64,000 nucleotides of DNA from an uncultured Verrucomicrobiae bacterium (GTDB lineage Bacteria; Verrucomicrobiota; Verrucomicrobiia; Chthoniobacterales; JAFAMB01), in assembly GCA_963837955.1 (NCBI GenBank), contig CAWIPH010000002.1, forward strand, positions 2,752,001-2,816,000, written 5' to 3'. The notes below the pieces were generated by a model, which was not told where the DNA came from, ran no database searches, and saw only the letters and a program-made list of their open reading frames with translations. Shown here piece by piece: positions 1-10,003 of the stretch (positions are counted from its first letter, which is position 1; every line of letters starts with the position of its first letter). Both the position numbers and the translations under genes were made by a program.

Positions 1-1053
1 CGTGAGATCGGAACCGATGTCGTTGATACGATCAAAGCTATGCACTGGGGCCGGATCAAAATTTTCTTCGCCATGGGCGGAAACTTCCTATCGGCAACTC
101 CTGACACCGAATTCACCGCTGAAGCTCTACAGAATTGTCGTCTGACTGCACACGTCTCAACCAAACTGAACCGTTCACATCTCATCACGGGACAGCAGGC
201 ATTGATCCTCCCCTGCCTCGGAAGGTCCGAAATCGATGAACAGAAAGGCGGTCCGCAATTCGTAACGACTGAAGATAGTATGGGTATCATCAACCCATCT
301 CGCGGACGGCTCCTCCCCGCTTCCGAACATCTGCTGAGCGAACCGGCGATCGTCGCCCGTCTCGCCCGGGCCGTGCTCAAAGAACGAAGCCAGCTCCCGT
401 GGGAACAATGGATGAACGATTACTCGAAGATCCGCGACGAAATCGAGGCCGTCATTCCCGGATTTGACCGTTTCAACGAACGTATTGCGAAACACGTTTT
501 CTATTTGCCAAATCCGCCGCGCGACAAGCGTGAGTTTGGAACAAAGAGCGGAAAAGCGAATTTTACGATCAACCAACTCGAGATCCTCGATATTCCGCCG
601 GCCCATTTTGTCTTAACGACGATTCGGAGTCACGATCAGTTCAACACCACGATCTACGGACTCAATGACCGTTACCGCGGCATCTACAATGGGCGCCGCG
701 TTCTGTTCATGAATCCTGAGGATATGAAGCAAGCTGGCCTTCAACAGGGCCAGCCTGTCGATATCACGAGCCGCTTCGAAGGTCAGGAACGCGAGGCTCA
801 GCATTTCCTGGTGGCCCCTTATTCCATTCCTCGACAGTGCGTTGCGACTTATTTCCCGGAGGGTAACGTTCTCGTCCCGATCGGCAGCGCCGCCGCGATA
901 AGTAATACCCCTACGTCCAAATCGATTATAGTCACCCTGACTCCGTCACCGAATGTCGAAGTTGTTCGCACCGAATTGTTCGCCAAGGTAGCGGAAGCGA
1001 AACGTTTGCCGGCCCAGATAGTCGCCGGGACCGCGAAGTTGGTAACGCGGTAG
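1..1053 (+). CDS. FdhF/YdeP-family molybdopterin oxidoreductase, C-terminal part (5' end outside window)
   Basis: Frame open from base 1; MGGNFLSATPDT, STKLNRSHL, LPCLGRSE, TIRSHDQFNTTIYG, ATYFPEGNVLVP motifs typical of YdeP/FdhF. Confidence 0.9.
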   Translation, partial: REIGTDVVDTIKAMHWGRIKIFFAMGGNFLSATPDTEFTAEALQNCRLTAHVSTKLNRSHLITGQQALILPCLGRSEIDEQKGGPQFVTTEDSMGIINPSRGRLLPASEHLLSEPAIVARLARAVLKERSQLPWEQWMNDYSKIRDEIEAVIPGFDRFNERIAKHVFYLPNPPRDKREFGTKSGKANFTINQLEILDIPPAHFVLTTIRSHDQFNTTIYGLNDRYRGIYNGRRVLFMNPEDMKQAGLQQGQPVDITSRFEGQEREAQHFLVAPYSIPRQCVATYFPEGNVLVPIGSAAAISNTPTSKSIIVTLTPSPNVEVVRTELFAKVAEAKRLPAQIVAGTAKLVTR

Positions 1054-1064
1054 CGATGCTTGAG

Positions 1065-1132
1065 CCTAAGACACCTAAGTCCCATAAGACTTATGAGGAC
1101 CTATGGGTCACATGGGACTTAGGTGTCTTAGG
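1065..1132. repeat. Palindromic hairpin of ~9 bp units between convergent genes
   Basis: Perfect 21 bp inverted repeat cctaagacacctaagtcccat (1065-1085) / atgggacttaggtgtcttagg (1112-1132); related copy at 20932-20965. Confidence 0.85.
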
Positions 1133-1144
1133 AGGAACATCAGT

Positions 1145-1483
1145 CTACTTCGCGGCTCCCCGATAGACGATCGCCTGGACCCGCTCGAGCGTGACCAACC
1201 CGCCGGTAATTAATCCATCCAGCACGGGTAGAAAATCTCTAACTTTTTCCTCGCTATCGACTATCTCGATTACGATCGGCAAATCCATGGAGAGTCGAAG
1301 AATCTTTGTGGTGTGCAGATGACTCGATTTACCAAAACCCATCGGACCGCGGAGCACGGTCGCTCCGGCAAGTTTTCTTTCTCGCGCCTTCAACACAATC
1401 TGTTCGTAGAGTGATTTGCCCTGCCACTCGTCGGCCTCGCCGATATAGACCCGCAGGAGCATCGCATCATGAGGGACATCCAT
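1145..1483 (-). CDS. DUF190 (PII-like) protein
   Basis: LLRVYIGE, LAGATVLRGPMGFG, LSMDLPIVIEIVD motifs; follows crcB pair; start chosen at MDVPHD. Confidence 0.9.
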   Translation of the reverse strand: MDVPHDAMLLRVYIGEADEWQGKSLYEQIVLKARERKLAGATVLRGPMGFGKSSHLHTTKILRLSMDLPIVIEIVDSEEKVRDFLPVLDGLITGGLVTLERVQAIVYRGAAK

Positions 1484-1499
1484 CTCTGTCTCCGAAGAC

Positions 1500-1889
1500 T
1501 TAACCAAGCACAAGCGTCGCTAACCACCAACCCGCCGCAACCATTCCGATACAGAGGATAGTTGAGAAAAAAATGTTGGCCAACGCTATCCAAAAACGTT
1601 TTTCGCGCAGAAGGTGAAAAGTTTGCAAGATAAACGAGGAAAAGGTAGTCAGGCCCCCGCAAATGCCAACCACAACGAAAGCGAGAACGATTTGGGCTAA
1701 GGCACGATGCAGCTCGGGTCTGGCGTAATTGAGTGCGAATCCGATGAGCAAACTCCCGGTCAGGTTCACCGCCAGAGTGCCAAAAGGTAACGTCTCTCCG
1801 ATCCGTTGAGCCACCCAGCCGGATAAGCCGTAGCGCCAGATACTGCCAATGGCTCCCCCAACAAAAACGAGAAGGATCACGCCAATCAT
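1500..1889 (-). CDS. crcB: Fluoride channel Fluc/CrcB
   Basis: GGAIGSIWRY, GTLAVNLTGS, GICGGLTTFSSF motifs. Confidence 0.92.
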   Translation of the reverse strand: MIGVILLVFVGGAIGSIWRYGLSGWVAQRIGETLPFGTLAVNLTGSLLIGFALNYARPELHRALAQIVLAFVVVGICGGLTTFSSFILQTFHLLREKRFWIALANIFFSTILCIGMVAAGWWLATLVLG

Positions 1890-2323
1890 TCTTCCCTCCC
1901 GTGCTGGAGCCGCCGCGCCAACGCTTCCATCAATCGCCCGGTCACAACGCAGACAAAATAGCCAGCGATAACCGCGCCCAGGCCGAGCAGGTGAGATGCG
2001 AGAATGTTCAGCAACGCTTCATTCCAGTCCCCGTTTTGCAACGATCGAAATGACAGGGCACTAAATGCGCTGAAGGTCGTGTATCCGCCGCAAAACCCAG
2101 TCATTAAGACTAAGCGGGCGTTAGGCCCCAAATAGAAGCGGCTATCCGGCTCGGAAAGACCCTGCAGGGCTCCAATCAAGAGCGAACCGGTGAAATTTAT
2201 GATCAACGTGGGCAACGGCGGCCACGAAGGATGCAGCCATTCGGCGACGCCGAAGCGGCAGAGGGTTCCGATTCCGCCGGCAATCCCAACCAATAAATAT
2301 CGACGGCGTACGCCCTTCTTCAC
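1886..2323 (-). CDS. crcB: Fluoride channel Fluc/CrcB (second paralogue, likely heterodimer partner)
   Basis: GGIGTLCRF, PTLIINFTGS, TGFCGGYTTFSAF motifs; 4 bp overlap with next crcB. Confidence 0.9.
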   Translation of the reverse strand: MKKGVRRRYLLVGIAGGIGTLCRFGVAEWLHPSWPPLPTLIINFTGSLLIGALQGLSEPDSRFYLGPNARLVLMTGFCGGYTTFSAFSALSFRSLQNGDWNEALLNILASHLLGLGAVIAGYFVCVVTGRLMEALARRLQHGREE

Positions 2324-2521
2324 TCGATTTTATGTCGCGCCAAACCACCCTCTTCGCGCGGGTTCAATTCGTTGTCCAGCGAGTTGTCGTAACGCTTCTA
2401 TTCACCTTTAGACAGAGTTATCGTGACGTTTTTCGCGCACGGCCACGGATCAACCCAAACCGGAAAAGTCTCGCGTACCATTCGCACTGGATTTTTTAGC
2501 CAGAACGGTAACTTAGCCCTC

Positions 2522-2863
2522 ATGCGCAGTTTGTTGTTATTTGCCCTGGCGACTGTAGCCAGCTCTCTTTGCCTTGCCGATGAGCCCACCGTTGATTCCC
2601 TCCCGACACCGGTGGCCAACACGCTTAAAGCGCAAGCTGGCAACGGAACCGTCCGAAACATTGAGACATTTCAGTGGGGCGATTCCATCATCTACAAAAT
2701 CGCGATCGACCAGAACGGGCAACCTTATCTGGAGCTGCAGATTGCAGACACCGGGCGGCTAGTTCGAGTAGATCAACTCGCTTCGGCAACGAGCGCAACG
2801 GATGATGATGATGATCAGACGGATGCTTCGCCGACACCGTCACCGAGTGCTCCTCCGCGTTAG
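2522..2863 (+). CDS. Small secreted protein (PepSY/BLIP-like fold possible) with acidic/Pro-rich tail
   Basis: Signal peptide MRSLLLFALATVASSLCLA; LPTPVANTLK...YKIAI...IADTGRLV pattern. Confidence 0.6.
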   Translation: MRSLLLFALATVASSLCLADEPTVDSLPTPVANTLKAQAGNGTVRNIETFQWGDSIIYKIAIDQNGQPYLELQIADTGRLVRVDQLASATSATDDDDDQTDASPTPSPSAPPR

Positions 2864-2898
2864 CCAAAGCGCGTCAACATGAGGAAGCTCCGATCAAT

Positions 2899-3099
2899 CC
2901 CCCGAAGGGGGAAGAGGACTCAGCCCGGGGTTTAACCCTGGTTTAACCCCGGGATCAGTCGTATTAACGCGGTATGCCCTGTAGGGGCACCAGGATCGAG
3001 CGTCACAGCCGACAACCCAATGGGAGCATTCTAATACTAGCGCCGCTTTCAGGGCGCAACGCTTCAAATACCTTGCCCGGGGTCAAAACCCGGGCTGAG
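2899..3099. repeat. MITE/REP-like palindromic element
   Basis: ctcagcccggggtttaaccc ... ggggtcaaaacccgggctgag inverted arms; internal hairpins cccccgaagggg and gccctgtaggggc. Confidence 0.75.
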
Positions 3100-3107
3100 A
3101 AAGATCG

Positions 3108-3257
3108 CAGCCTGTCCGTTATAGCTTTTGATGCATCGCGCTCAACGACCGTGCGCTTTTGCGGCGTCGGATCATCGCGATCCACGGCGCACGAGGATCC
3201 GACGTCGCGCTCAAGCATTCTGCATCAGGCATCGAAAGGGCTATGTCGGACAGGCTG
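3108..3257. repeat. Second palindromic element adjacent to the first
   Basis: cagcctgtccgttatagcttttgatgc ... gcatcgaaagggctatgtcggacaggctg imperfect inverted arms. Confidence 0.7.
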
Positions 3258-3353
3258 TGCGCCCTCCCGGAGAGGCAGAGAACCAGAAATCGGCATGATG
3301 CCGAGGCGCATGCGAGCCAGCCTGACTTTAGAAGATCAAACACGAATGGACTT

Positions 3354-3953
3354 TCACTTGTTATCGATGTCTTCCGGCGTATTCCAATTGGCGAACAACG
3401 GAATCTCTTCATCCCGAACCGGGTATTCGCCAACGAGTCGTTCGCTCAGGAGCCGCTGAACGAAGTCTTGCAGCCGGAGGTTTCGTTTCGAAATCTGTTC
3501 GATAGCAAAAGGAAGCGACGTCTTCGGGTAAACCGCGACGAGCGGTTCATAATGTTCGCCAATTCGCGGGACAATTCCGTAACCGGCACTGCATTTTTCG
3601 AGCAAGCTTAGCAAGATTGGCGCCTCAATTCGGGCAACGTCGACAGCCAAGCATAGTAGCAGGTCCGTAGTCGCCGCCTTCAGGCAAGAAGCGATCCCGC
3701 TCAAGGGACCAGCGTCTGGCCATTCGTCGTCAACTATTTTTGCACTGCTGAGATCTTCCGATCGAGCGGGACCGGAGCAAAACAGAGCCTCCGGTTCCAA
3801 GCTCCGCAAGACTCGAAGCTGCCGTACCCAGAGTGGTACGCTTTTACCCTCCCAGTTCACCGCGATCTGCGCCTTATCCCACCCCATCCGAACCGAGCGC
3901 CCTCCAGCTAACAATGCTGCAGAAAAACTGCTTTTGCACTGGGCTTTCCCCAT
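3354..3953 (-). CDS. mobA: Molybdenum cofactor guanylyltransferase
   Basis: LLAGGRSVRMGWDKA, GPLSGI, AVD, EPLVAVY, NWNTPED motifs. Confidence 0.9.
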   Translation of the reverse strand: MGKAQCKSSFSAALLAGGRSVRMGWDKAQIAVNWEGKSVPLWVRQLRVLRSLEPEALFCSGPARSEDLSSAKIVDDEWPDAGPLSGIASCLKAATTDLLLCLAVDVARIEAPILLSLLEKCSAGYGIVPRIGEHYEPLVAVYPKTSLPFAIEQISKRNLRLQDFVQRLLSERLVGEYPVRDEEIPLFANWNTPEDIDNK

Positions 3954-4048
3954 GCCCGACCTTCAAACAGGGAAAAAGCTTTCGCAAGAACGGGCCTTCT
4001 GCTTCATCGTGCACTGCGGGCGCCAGAATGCGCGCCGCTCCTGGGTTT

Positions 4049-4849
4049 ATGCAAAATCGTATCGATGAGCAGTTTGAGGCACTTCGTCGCAAGGGTCGAG
4101 CTGGGTTCACCGCCTATATCACCGGCGGAGATCCTAACTTGGAGCAGACCGTCGACATCGCCGTGGCGCTAGCAGAAGCAGGGACCGATTTTCTCGAGCT
4201 GGGAGTTCCTTTTTCTGATCCGTTGGCGGACGGTATCGCCAATCAGCTGGGAGCGCAGCGCGCCCTAGCCGCGGGAACCACTCTCCCAAAACTGCTCTAT
4301 ACCATTTCTCAGATTCGTAGCCGAATTCCGATACCGATCATTCTCTACAGTTATCTCAACCCGATCTATCAATATGGATTCGAGCAATTCGAGCAGGACG
4401 CGGTTGCCGTCGGAATCGATGGACTATTGCTCCTGGACCTGCCACCAGATGAGCATCTGGTATCAGATCGGAGCAGTTTTCTGCACCGAATCCGCTTGAT
4501 CGCACCCACTACAACCGAAGATCGAATCCGAACCATTGTCGCACGGGCCAGCGGCTTCATTTATTACGTTTCACGAGAGGGCGTGACCGGAGAGCAAAGC
4601 ACATTATCCGATTCGATTGCCGCCCAAGTAGAAAAGATTCGACGATATTCTGCCCTCCCGATTGCCGTCGGATTCGGAATCTCGACTCCAGAACAAGCCG
4701 CGCAGGTGGCCGCCCTGGCAGACGCTGTCGTCGTGGGGAGCGCGATCGTTCGGAGGATTGGGGAACTAGCGAATGATCCTGCGATCGCTGTCAAACTCCG
4801 GGAACTCGTTCGGCCTATGGTGCAAGCGGTTAAATCGGCGCAGAAGTAG
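4049..4849 (+). CDS. trpA: Tryptophan synthase alpha subunit
   Basis: YITGGDP, ELGVPFSDPLADG, YYVSREGVTG, VGFGISTPEQ, VVVGSA; start at MQNRID. Confidence 0.96.
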   Translation: MQNRIDEQFEALRRKGRAGFTAYITGGDPNLEQTVDIAVALAEAGTDFLELGVPFSDPLADGIANQLGAQRALAAGTTLPKLLYTISQIRSRIPIPIILYSYLNPIYQYGFEQFEQDAVAVGIDGLLLLDLPPDEHLVSDRSSFLHRIRLIAPTTTEDRIRTIVARASGFIYYVSREGVTGEQSTLSDSIAAQVEKIRRYSALPIAVGFGISTPEQAAQVAALADAVVVGSAIVRRIGELANDPAIAVKLRELVRPMVQAVKSAQK

Positions 4850-5054
4850 CCTGGTGCTTCCTCCTCGTTCCCCCAAAGCCAAAAACACGGCGGGGCGTGT
4901 CGGTGATCGGTGAGAGGTGATTAGTGATTGGTGAAAGGGGGATGAGAGATTTCAGCCGAGGGGCTTGCCGATAGGCACCCGCCACTCGCCAATCACTTCT
5001 TACCTCTCACAATCGCTGCAGCCCTGGGTTCCTGAGCCAGGAGAATCAGGCTAC
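4846..5054. repeat. GTAG-type REP doublet with nested GGTGATY heptamer element
   Basis: gtagcctggtgct (4846) ... gagaatcaggctac (5054); ggtgatc/ggtgatt units at ~4903-4936 inside; arms similar to 6858-6953. Confidence 0.65.
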
Positions 5055-5157
5055 GCTCTTCGAGCACGCCCACCAAGCAATAAGGCCGCGCCATAGCGAC
5101 GGCGGGACCAGTCCAGCGCGCAGAACCGTGAATTGGCCCAACGATTCCCGACCAAAC

Positions 5158-5188
5158 AAAAAAGGCCACATTGCCGTGGCCTTTTTTT
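5158..5188. terminator. Bidirectional intrinsic terminator
   Basis: A-run, ggccac-attgcc-gtggcc stem-loop, T7 run, between convergent genes. Confidence 0.8.
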
Positions 5189-5201
5189 CGATTCGAAAAA
5201 C

Positions 5202-5594
5202 TCAGGCAGTCAGGTTCGGGAACCACTTCTTCCAGAGTGGAGTCAAGAAAGGATATTCCCAGCGTGCGCCGGTAAATGCCTTAATAATACCGAGAATCCA
5301 GACAACGAAGTACGCGATCCAGAAGACAAAGAGCAGCAATCCAAGAAGGATAGCGAAGAGCACTCCGATTACCGGTATGTGCGCAAAGATTTGCGTAAGA
5401 ATCGCAATCAGAAAGAACACAACGATAGCGCTGACCCCGAAATAGATGCTCTGTACCGCCCAGTGCCTGACGAAGCTGTCTTTCTTCTCGATGAAATAGA
5501 AGATGATTCCTCCAAGCGGCGCGAAGATTGCGCAGAGCCCAGCGGCCACGTTGGAGGGAAGTCCCGTATCGCTTGAAGCAGAAGGTCCAGACAT
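5202..5594 (-). CDS. DUF4870-type membrane protein
   Basis: TGLPSNVAAGLC, EKKDSFVRHWAVQS, IIKAFTGARWEYP motifs; three hydrophobic helices. Confidence 0.8.
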   Translation of the reverse strand: MSGPSASSDTGLPSNVAAGLCAIFAPLGGIIFYFIEKKDSFVRHWAVQSIYFGVSAIVVFFLIAILTQIFAHIPVIGVLFAILLGLLLFVFWIAYFVVWILGIIKAFTGARWEYPFLTPLWKKWFPNLTA

Positions 5595-5736
5595 AGATTA
5601 TAATTATATAGGAGACAAGAATTGGGGGCGATCGTAAAATCCGCCCTCAGAATGTCAAGATTTCGTGCGCAAGAATCAAGACTAACTTAATTGTTTCGAT
5701 TGGCAGGCGGCGATTTCGCGCTACTTTCCCCGCTCT

Positions 5737-6858
5737 ATGTTAAGCGCGGGGATCGTCGGTTTGCCTAACGTTGGCAAATCCACTCTTTTCAACGCGGTAA
5801 CGCGGACGCGGAAAGCGGAAGCGGCTAACTACCCATTCTGTACCATTGAGCCAAACCAAGGGGTAGTCACTGTTCCGGACTCGCGGTTAGATCGGCTTGC
5901 CACCCTCTCGAAGTCTCAAAAGGTCGTCCCGGCTGCGATTGAGTTTGTCGATATTGCAGGACTAGTTCGCGGCGCGAGCCAAGGCGAAGGCCTGGGTAAC
6001 CAATTTCTTAGCCATATCCGTGAAGTGGATGCAATCGTTCAGGTGGTCCGATGCTTTACGGACGGGGACATCCACCATGTAAGCGGGTCCATCGACCCAA
6101 TCCGTGATATTGAAGTCGTCAACACCGAGCTTATCCTGGCCGATATCGCCTCTCTGCAAAAACGCGGCGACCGCCTGCAAAAACAAGTCCGTTCAGGCGA
6201 TAAGACCGCAAAAGCGGAGGCCGCTCTCATCGAGCGGATTTTACCGCATCTGAACGACGGTAAGCCAGCCACAACGTTTCCGTACTCGTCGGAAGAAGCC
6301 GCGATCGTCCGCTCCTTCCTTCTGCTGACGGGAAAGCCGACAATTTTTGCCTGTAACGTCGCAGAATCCGATTTAGTCGCTTTCTCCCAGGAGACCAAAA
6401 CCGCGGCGTCTGAATACGTCACCCGGGTCAGCGATTATGTCACTTCGCATCTTTCCACTCAATCGGTGGTGATCAGCGCCCAAATCGAGAGCGAACTCAT
6501 CGATCTATCCGCCACCGAAGCGATCGAGTATCTCGCCGGTTTGGGCGTAAAGGAGAGCGGAGTCGGAAGTTTGATTCGTTCGGTGTACGGCCTCTTGGGC
6601 TTAAGGACTTACTTCACCACAGGAGAAAAGGAAACGCGAGCTTGGACGATCCATGCCGGTGATAAGGCTCCGGCCGCCGCCGGGGTCATCCATTCCGACT
6701 TTGAGCGCGGCTTCATTGCTGCCGAAACCGTCCATTTTGAAGATCTTATTCAGCTCGGGACATTTGGTAAGGCTCGGGAGGCCGGAAAGTTGAGGATTGA
6801 AGGCAAAGAGTATGTCGTCAAAGATGGCGACGTGATGGAGTTCCGATTCAACGTCTAG
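5737..6858 (+). CDS. ychF: Redox-regulated ATPase YchF
   Basis: [33 protein letters not shown]-terminal [19 protein letters not shown]. Confidence 0.98.
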   Translation: MLSAGIVGLPNVGKSTLFNAVTRTRKAEAANYPFCTIEPNQGVVTVPDSRLDRLATLSKSQKVVPAAIEFVDIAGLVRGASQGEGLGNQFLSHIREVDAIVQVVRCFTDGDIHHVSGSIDPIRDIEVVNTELILADIASLQKRGDRLQKQVRSGDKTAKAEAALIERILPHLNDGKPATTFPYSSEEAAIVRSFLLLTGKPTIFACNVAESDLVAFSQETKTAASEYVTRVSDYVTSHLSTQSVVISAQIESELIDLSATEAIEYLAGLGVKESGVGSLIRSVYGLLGLRTYFTTGEKETRAWTIHAGDKAPAAAGVIHSDFERGFIAAETVHFEDLIQLGTFGKAREAGKLRIEGKEYVVKDGDVMEFRFNV

Positions 6859-6953
6859 TAGCCTGATGCTCTTGGCTCGGGAACTCATCGCTATAAAAGT
6901 GCAAGATCATCGATTCTCCATATCGGATCCCTGAGGCTGGAGCATCAGGCTAC
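6858..6953. repeat. GTAG-type REP doublet
   Basis: Perfect 14 bp inverted arms gtagcctgatgctc / gagcatcaggctac starting at the ychF stop. Confidence 0.8.
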
Positions 6954-7031
6954 TTTGCCAGCGCGTCTCTGCCGATCTAGCCCGAAACCATTTTACACCC
7001 GGGGTCTTATAGGCAAGGTTCCGCCCTTACG

Positions 7032-8492
7032 ATGATTCGTTGTGCTGTTTTTTTCGTCTTAGCGATCGCCGCTAACGCCGTTGCCGAAACGTCGAAGCCG
7101 GATATTCATAAGAGTCTCGTGCGGATTACGACGAGCTCGCAGGACCCCGATTACCGCGTGCCATGGAATCCTGGCAATATCACCGTCGGAATCGGAGCAG
7201 GTTTTGTGATCGACGGGAATCGGATTTTGACCAACGCGCACGTCGTGAGCAACGGTCGATTGATTGTGGTCGAGAAGGAGAACGACCCGAAGGAGTATAT
7301 CGGGAAAGTAGAATTCATCGGCGGGGATTGTGACCTGGCTATAGTCAGGGTCCAGGATCCCAATTTCTATAAAGGAACCGCCCCGGTCCGATTTGGAGCA
7401 CTGCCGGTAGTACAATCCGCCGTCGACGTCTACGGGTATCCGATCGGAGGTCAACGACTTTCAGTAACGCAAGGAATCGTTTCTCGGGTCGACTTCCAGA
7501 ATTACACCTACTCCGGCGTTGATCAGCACTTGGCCGTTCAGATCGACGCGGCGATCAATCCTGGAAACTCCGGTGGGCCGGTGCTGCAAGAAGGAAAAGT
7601 CGTCGGAGTTGCCTTCCAAGGGTACACGGGCGACGTCGCTCAGAATACTGGCTACATGATTCCGACGCCGGTAATCCTGCGGTTTCTCAAGGATATCTCC
7701 AGCGGTCGTTATAACCGGTACGTCGATCTGTCGATCACCACATTTAAGTTATTGAATGCTGCAGAACGCCATGCGCTGGGTCTTCCTGACGACAATACCG
7801 GAGTGCTGGTCAGCTCCGTTGAAAAGGATGGCTCCTGTGCCGGAAAACTGCAGGAAGGCGACGTGATGCTCTCGATCGACAATCATCTAATCGCTAGCGA
7901 CGGAACGGTTCGCTTGGACGGCGATAGCTTGGAGCTGGCCGAGATAGTGGAGCGCAAATTCAAGGGAGAAAAAGTGAAGATCGGAGTCTTGCGCAACCAT
8001 CAACCGCTGACCGTAGAAATCGACTTACAGCCTAATAACTCTTACCTGTTGCAAGCGTACCTCCATGAGGAAAACCCGCGCTTCGTCTTATTTGGCGGTC
8101 TTGTCTTCCAACCGCTCTCGCGGAATTTCATGGAGGCCTATCAGCCGGACGAGCTGCGCGTTCGGTATTACTATGATTTCTACATCACCGACGACCTATA
8201 CGAGGAGCATCCGGAAATCATCGTGCTCTCGAATATCTTGGCCGATCCCGTGAACGCTTATTTGTCAGAGTTTCGTTTTCAGATCGTCGATGAGATTAAC
8301 GGTAAAAAGATCAAGCATTTGAGCGATGTCGCTCATGCTTTCGCCACATCGGCCGATGAATACGTGATCAAGTTTATCGGAAGCAGCCGCCCCGCTGTGC
8401 TGGAAAAGAGCGCGGTGGAAGCAGCTCAACAGCGCATCAAGAGAAATTATAACGTTCCGATTGATCAAAACCTGGGAAAAGAACAACTATAA
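7032..8492 (+). CDS. Secreted Deg/HtrA-type serine protease with PDZ domains
   Basis: Signal peptide; triad motifs LTNAHVV, DCDLAI, AAINPGNSGGP; GGLVFQPLS second-PDZ motif as in Deg2/Deg9-like proteases. Confidence 0.92.
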   Translation: MIRCAVFFVLAIAANAVAETSKPDIHKSLVRITTSSQDPDYRVPWNPGNITVGIGAGFVIDGNRILTNAHVVSNGRLIVVEKENDPKEYIGKVEFIGGDCDLAIVRVQDPNFYKGTAPVRFGALPVVQSAVDVYGYPIGGQRLSVTQGIVSRVDFQNYTYSGVDQHLAVQIDAAINPGNSGGPVLQEGKVVGVAFQGYTGDVAQNTGYMIPTPVILRFLKDISSGRYNRYVDLSITTFKLLNAAERHALGLPDDNTGVLVSSVEKDGSCAGKLQEGDVMLSIDNHLIASDGTVRLDGDSLELAEIVERKFKGEKVKIGVLRNHQPLTVEIDLQPNNSYLLQAYLHEENPRFVLFGGLVFQPLSRNFMEAYQPDELRVRYYYDFYITDDLYEEHPEIIVLSNILADPVNAYLSEFRFQIVDEINGKKIKHLSDVAHAFATSADEYVIKFIGSSRPAVLEKSAVEAAQQRIKRNYNVPIDQNLGKEQL

Positions 8493-10003
8493 TGAAGTCC
8501 CTGCTTCTCTTTCCGCTTATTGTTGCGCTGACCTCGTCGACACTGGCGGTGGCAGAGGACACCCTCGCCCCAGCGGCCCCGACGCCAAAAGACAAACCTG
8601 TCCCCGAACTCCAAAAGGGATCGGTCGTTCGCGTCAACTCCACCAATCAGCAATACGATTTCTTTCGTCCTTGGAATAAGAAGGCGCCGTTCAATCGCCG
8701 GGGCATTGGAGCAGTCATCGACGGGAACGAAGTGGTCGTTGCAGCTGAATTGGTAGCCAACAGCAATTTCATCGAACTAGAAAAACCGGAGAGCGGCGAA
8801 CGAACGTCGGCCCAGGTAGTCGCCATCGATCACGAAACTAATTTGGCCCTGCTGAAGCCAAACGATGAACATTTCCTGCAAAGCCTTCAGCCGCTCGGCA
8901 CCGAAGCTGCGGTTAAGGTGGGCGATCAACTTTCGGTAATCCAACTCGAGGCGAATGGCACGCCAGTCTCGACGCAAGGGTTGGTCACGAGTGCAGAAGT
9001 CGGTCGTTACGTGCTCGAGGATTGTTCCTTTCTTCTGTTCAAAATGAGCTGCCCACTGCAGTATCGGGAGAATAGCTTTACCCTGCCGATCGTTAAGGAT
9101 CATCAACTTGCAGCCATTTTGCTCCGTTATGATCCGCGCTCCCAAACCGTGGACGCAATTTCGGGTCCGGTAATCCAGCACTTCCTGCGTGAGGCTAAAA
9201 ACAATCCCTATCGCGGTTTTCCTCGGATCGGCGTCGCGTTTTCCAGCCTGCGGGACCCGGTCTTGCGTCGCTACGTGAAACTACCGGACTCGGACGGCGG
9301 TGTATTTGTCGATGACGTGCAACGTAACAGCCCGGCCGCAAAGGCTGGAATTCTACCGGGCGACATCCTTCTAGCGATTGATGGAAAAACGATTGATGCC
9401 GACGGAAATTACATTCATCCAGTCTTGGGTAAGCTCTCGATTACTCACCTGACGACGACGGAATTATATTCCGGGCAAACGGCGAACATGACCGTCTTCC
9501 GGAACGGCGAACAAAAAGACATTCCGGTGGAGCTGTTCCGGCAGCCTGCGGAAAGCTACGTCATCGACCCATATGTGATCGATCGCGCGCCCCGTTACCT
9601 CGTTTTAGGTGGATTGGTGTTTCAGGAACTTTCTCGCCAATACCTCCGCGAATGGGGCAGCAATTGGGCCAAGGATGCTCCGCAACGATTTGTCTATTAC
9701 GACCGCTTCCAATCCGAGCTTTTTCCTGAGCAGCGGAAAATGGTCTTTTTGAGCCAAGTGATTCCAACGGCGGACACCGTCGGGTACGAGCAGTTGAACT
9801 ACTTGATTGTTAAACGGGTCAACGATCGAGAGATTCGCAACCTCGATGATCTCGCCCAGGCCATTAGCGCGCCCCAAAACGGCTTTCAGAAAATCGAGTT
9901 CAATGAAGACCCGCGCGTGATTTACCTTGATGCGGGCCAAGCCGAGAGCACCGCGAAACAACTGCAGGCGCTGTATGCCTTGCCCGCCCTGCAACGCCTA
10001 TGA
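8492..10003 (+). CDS. Deg/HtrA paralogue with degenerate catalytic triad and PDZ domains
   Basis: Same architecture as upstream gene (SVVRV, PW, GGLVFQELS) but VAAELV, ETNLAL and RENSFTLP at triad positions. Confidence 0.85.
   Translation: MKSLLLFPLIVALTSSTLAVAEDTLAPAAPTPKDKPVPELQKGSVVRVNSTNQQYDFFRPWNKKAPFNRRGIGAVIDGNEVVVAAELVANSNFIELEKPESGERTSAQVVAIDHETNLALLKPNDEHFLQSLQPLGTEAAVKVGDQLSVIQLEANGTPVSTQGLVTSAEVGRYVLEDCSFLLFKMSCPLQYRENSFTLPIVKDHQLAAILLRYDPRSQTVDAISGPVIQHFLREAKNNPYRGFPRIGVAFSSLRDPVLRRYVKLPDSDGGVFVDDVQRNSPAAKAGILPGDILLAIDGKTIDADGNYIHPVLGKLSITHLTTTELYSGQTANMTVFRNGEQKDIPVELFRQPAESYVIDPYVIDRAPRYLVLGGLVFQELSRQYLREWGSNWAKDAPQRFVYYDRFQSELFPEQRKMVFLSQVIPTADTVGYEQLNYLIVKRVNDREIRNLDDLAQAISAPQNGFQKIEFNEDPRVIYLDAGQAESTAKQLQALYALPALQRL

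Noticed and set aside
2324..2521. Fluoride riboswitch upstream of crcB pair
   Set aside because: Could not find the GGCGATGG...GCC...CTGATGAC pattern on the minus strand
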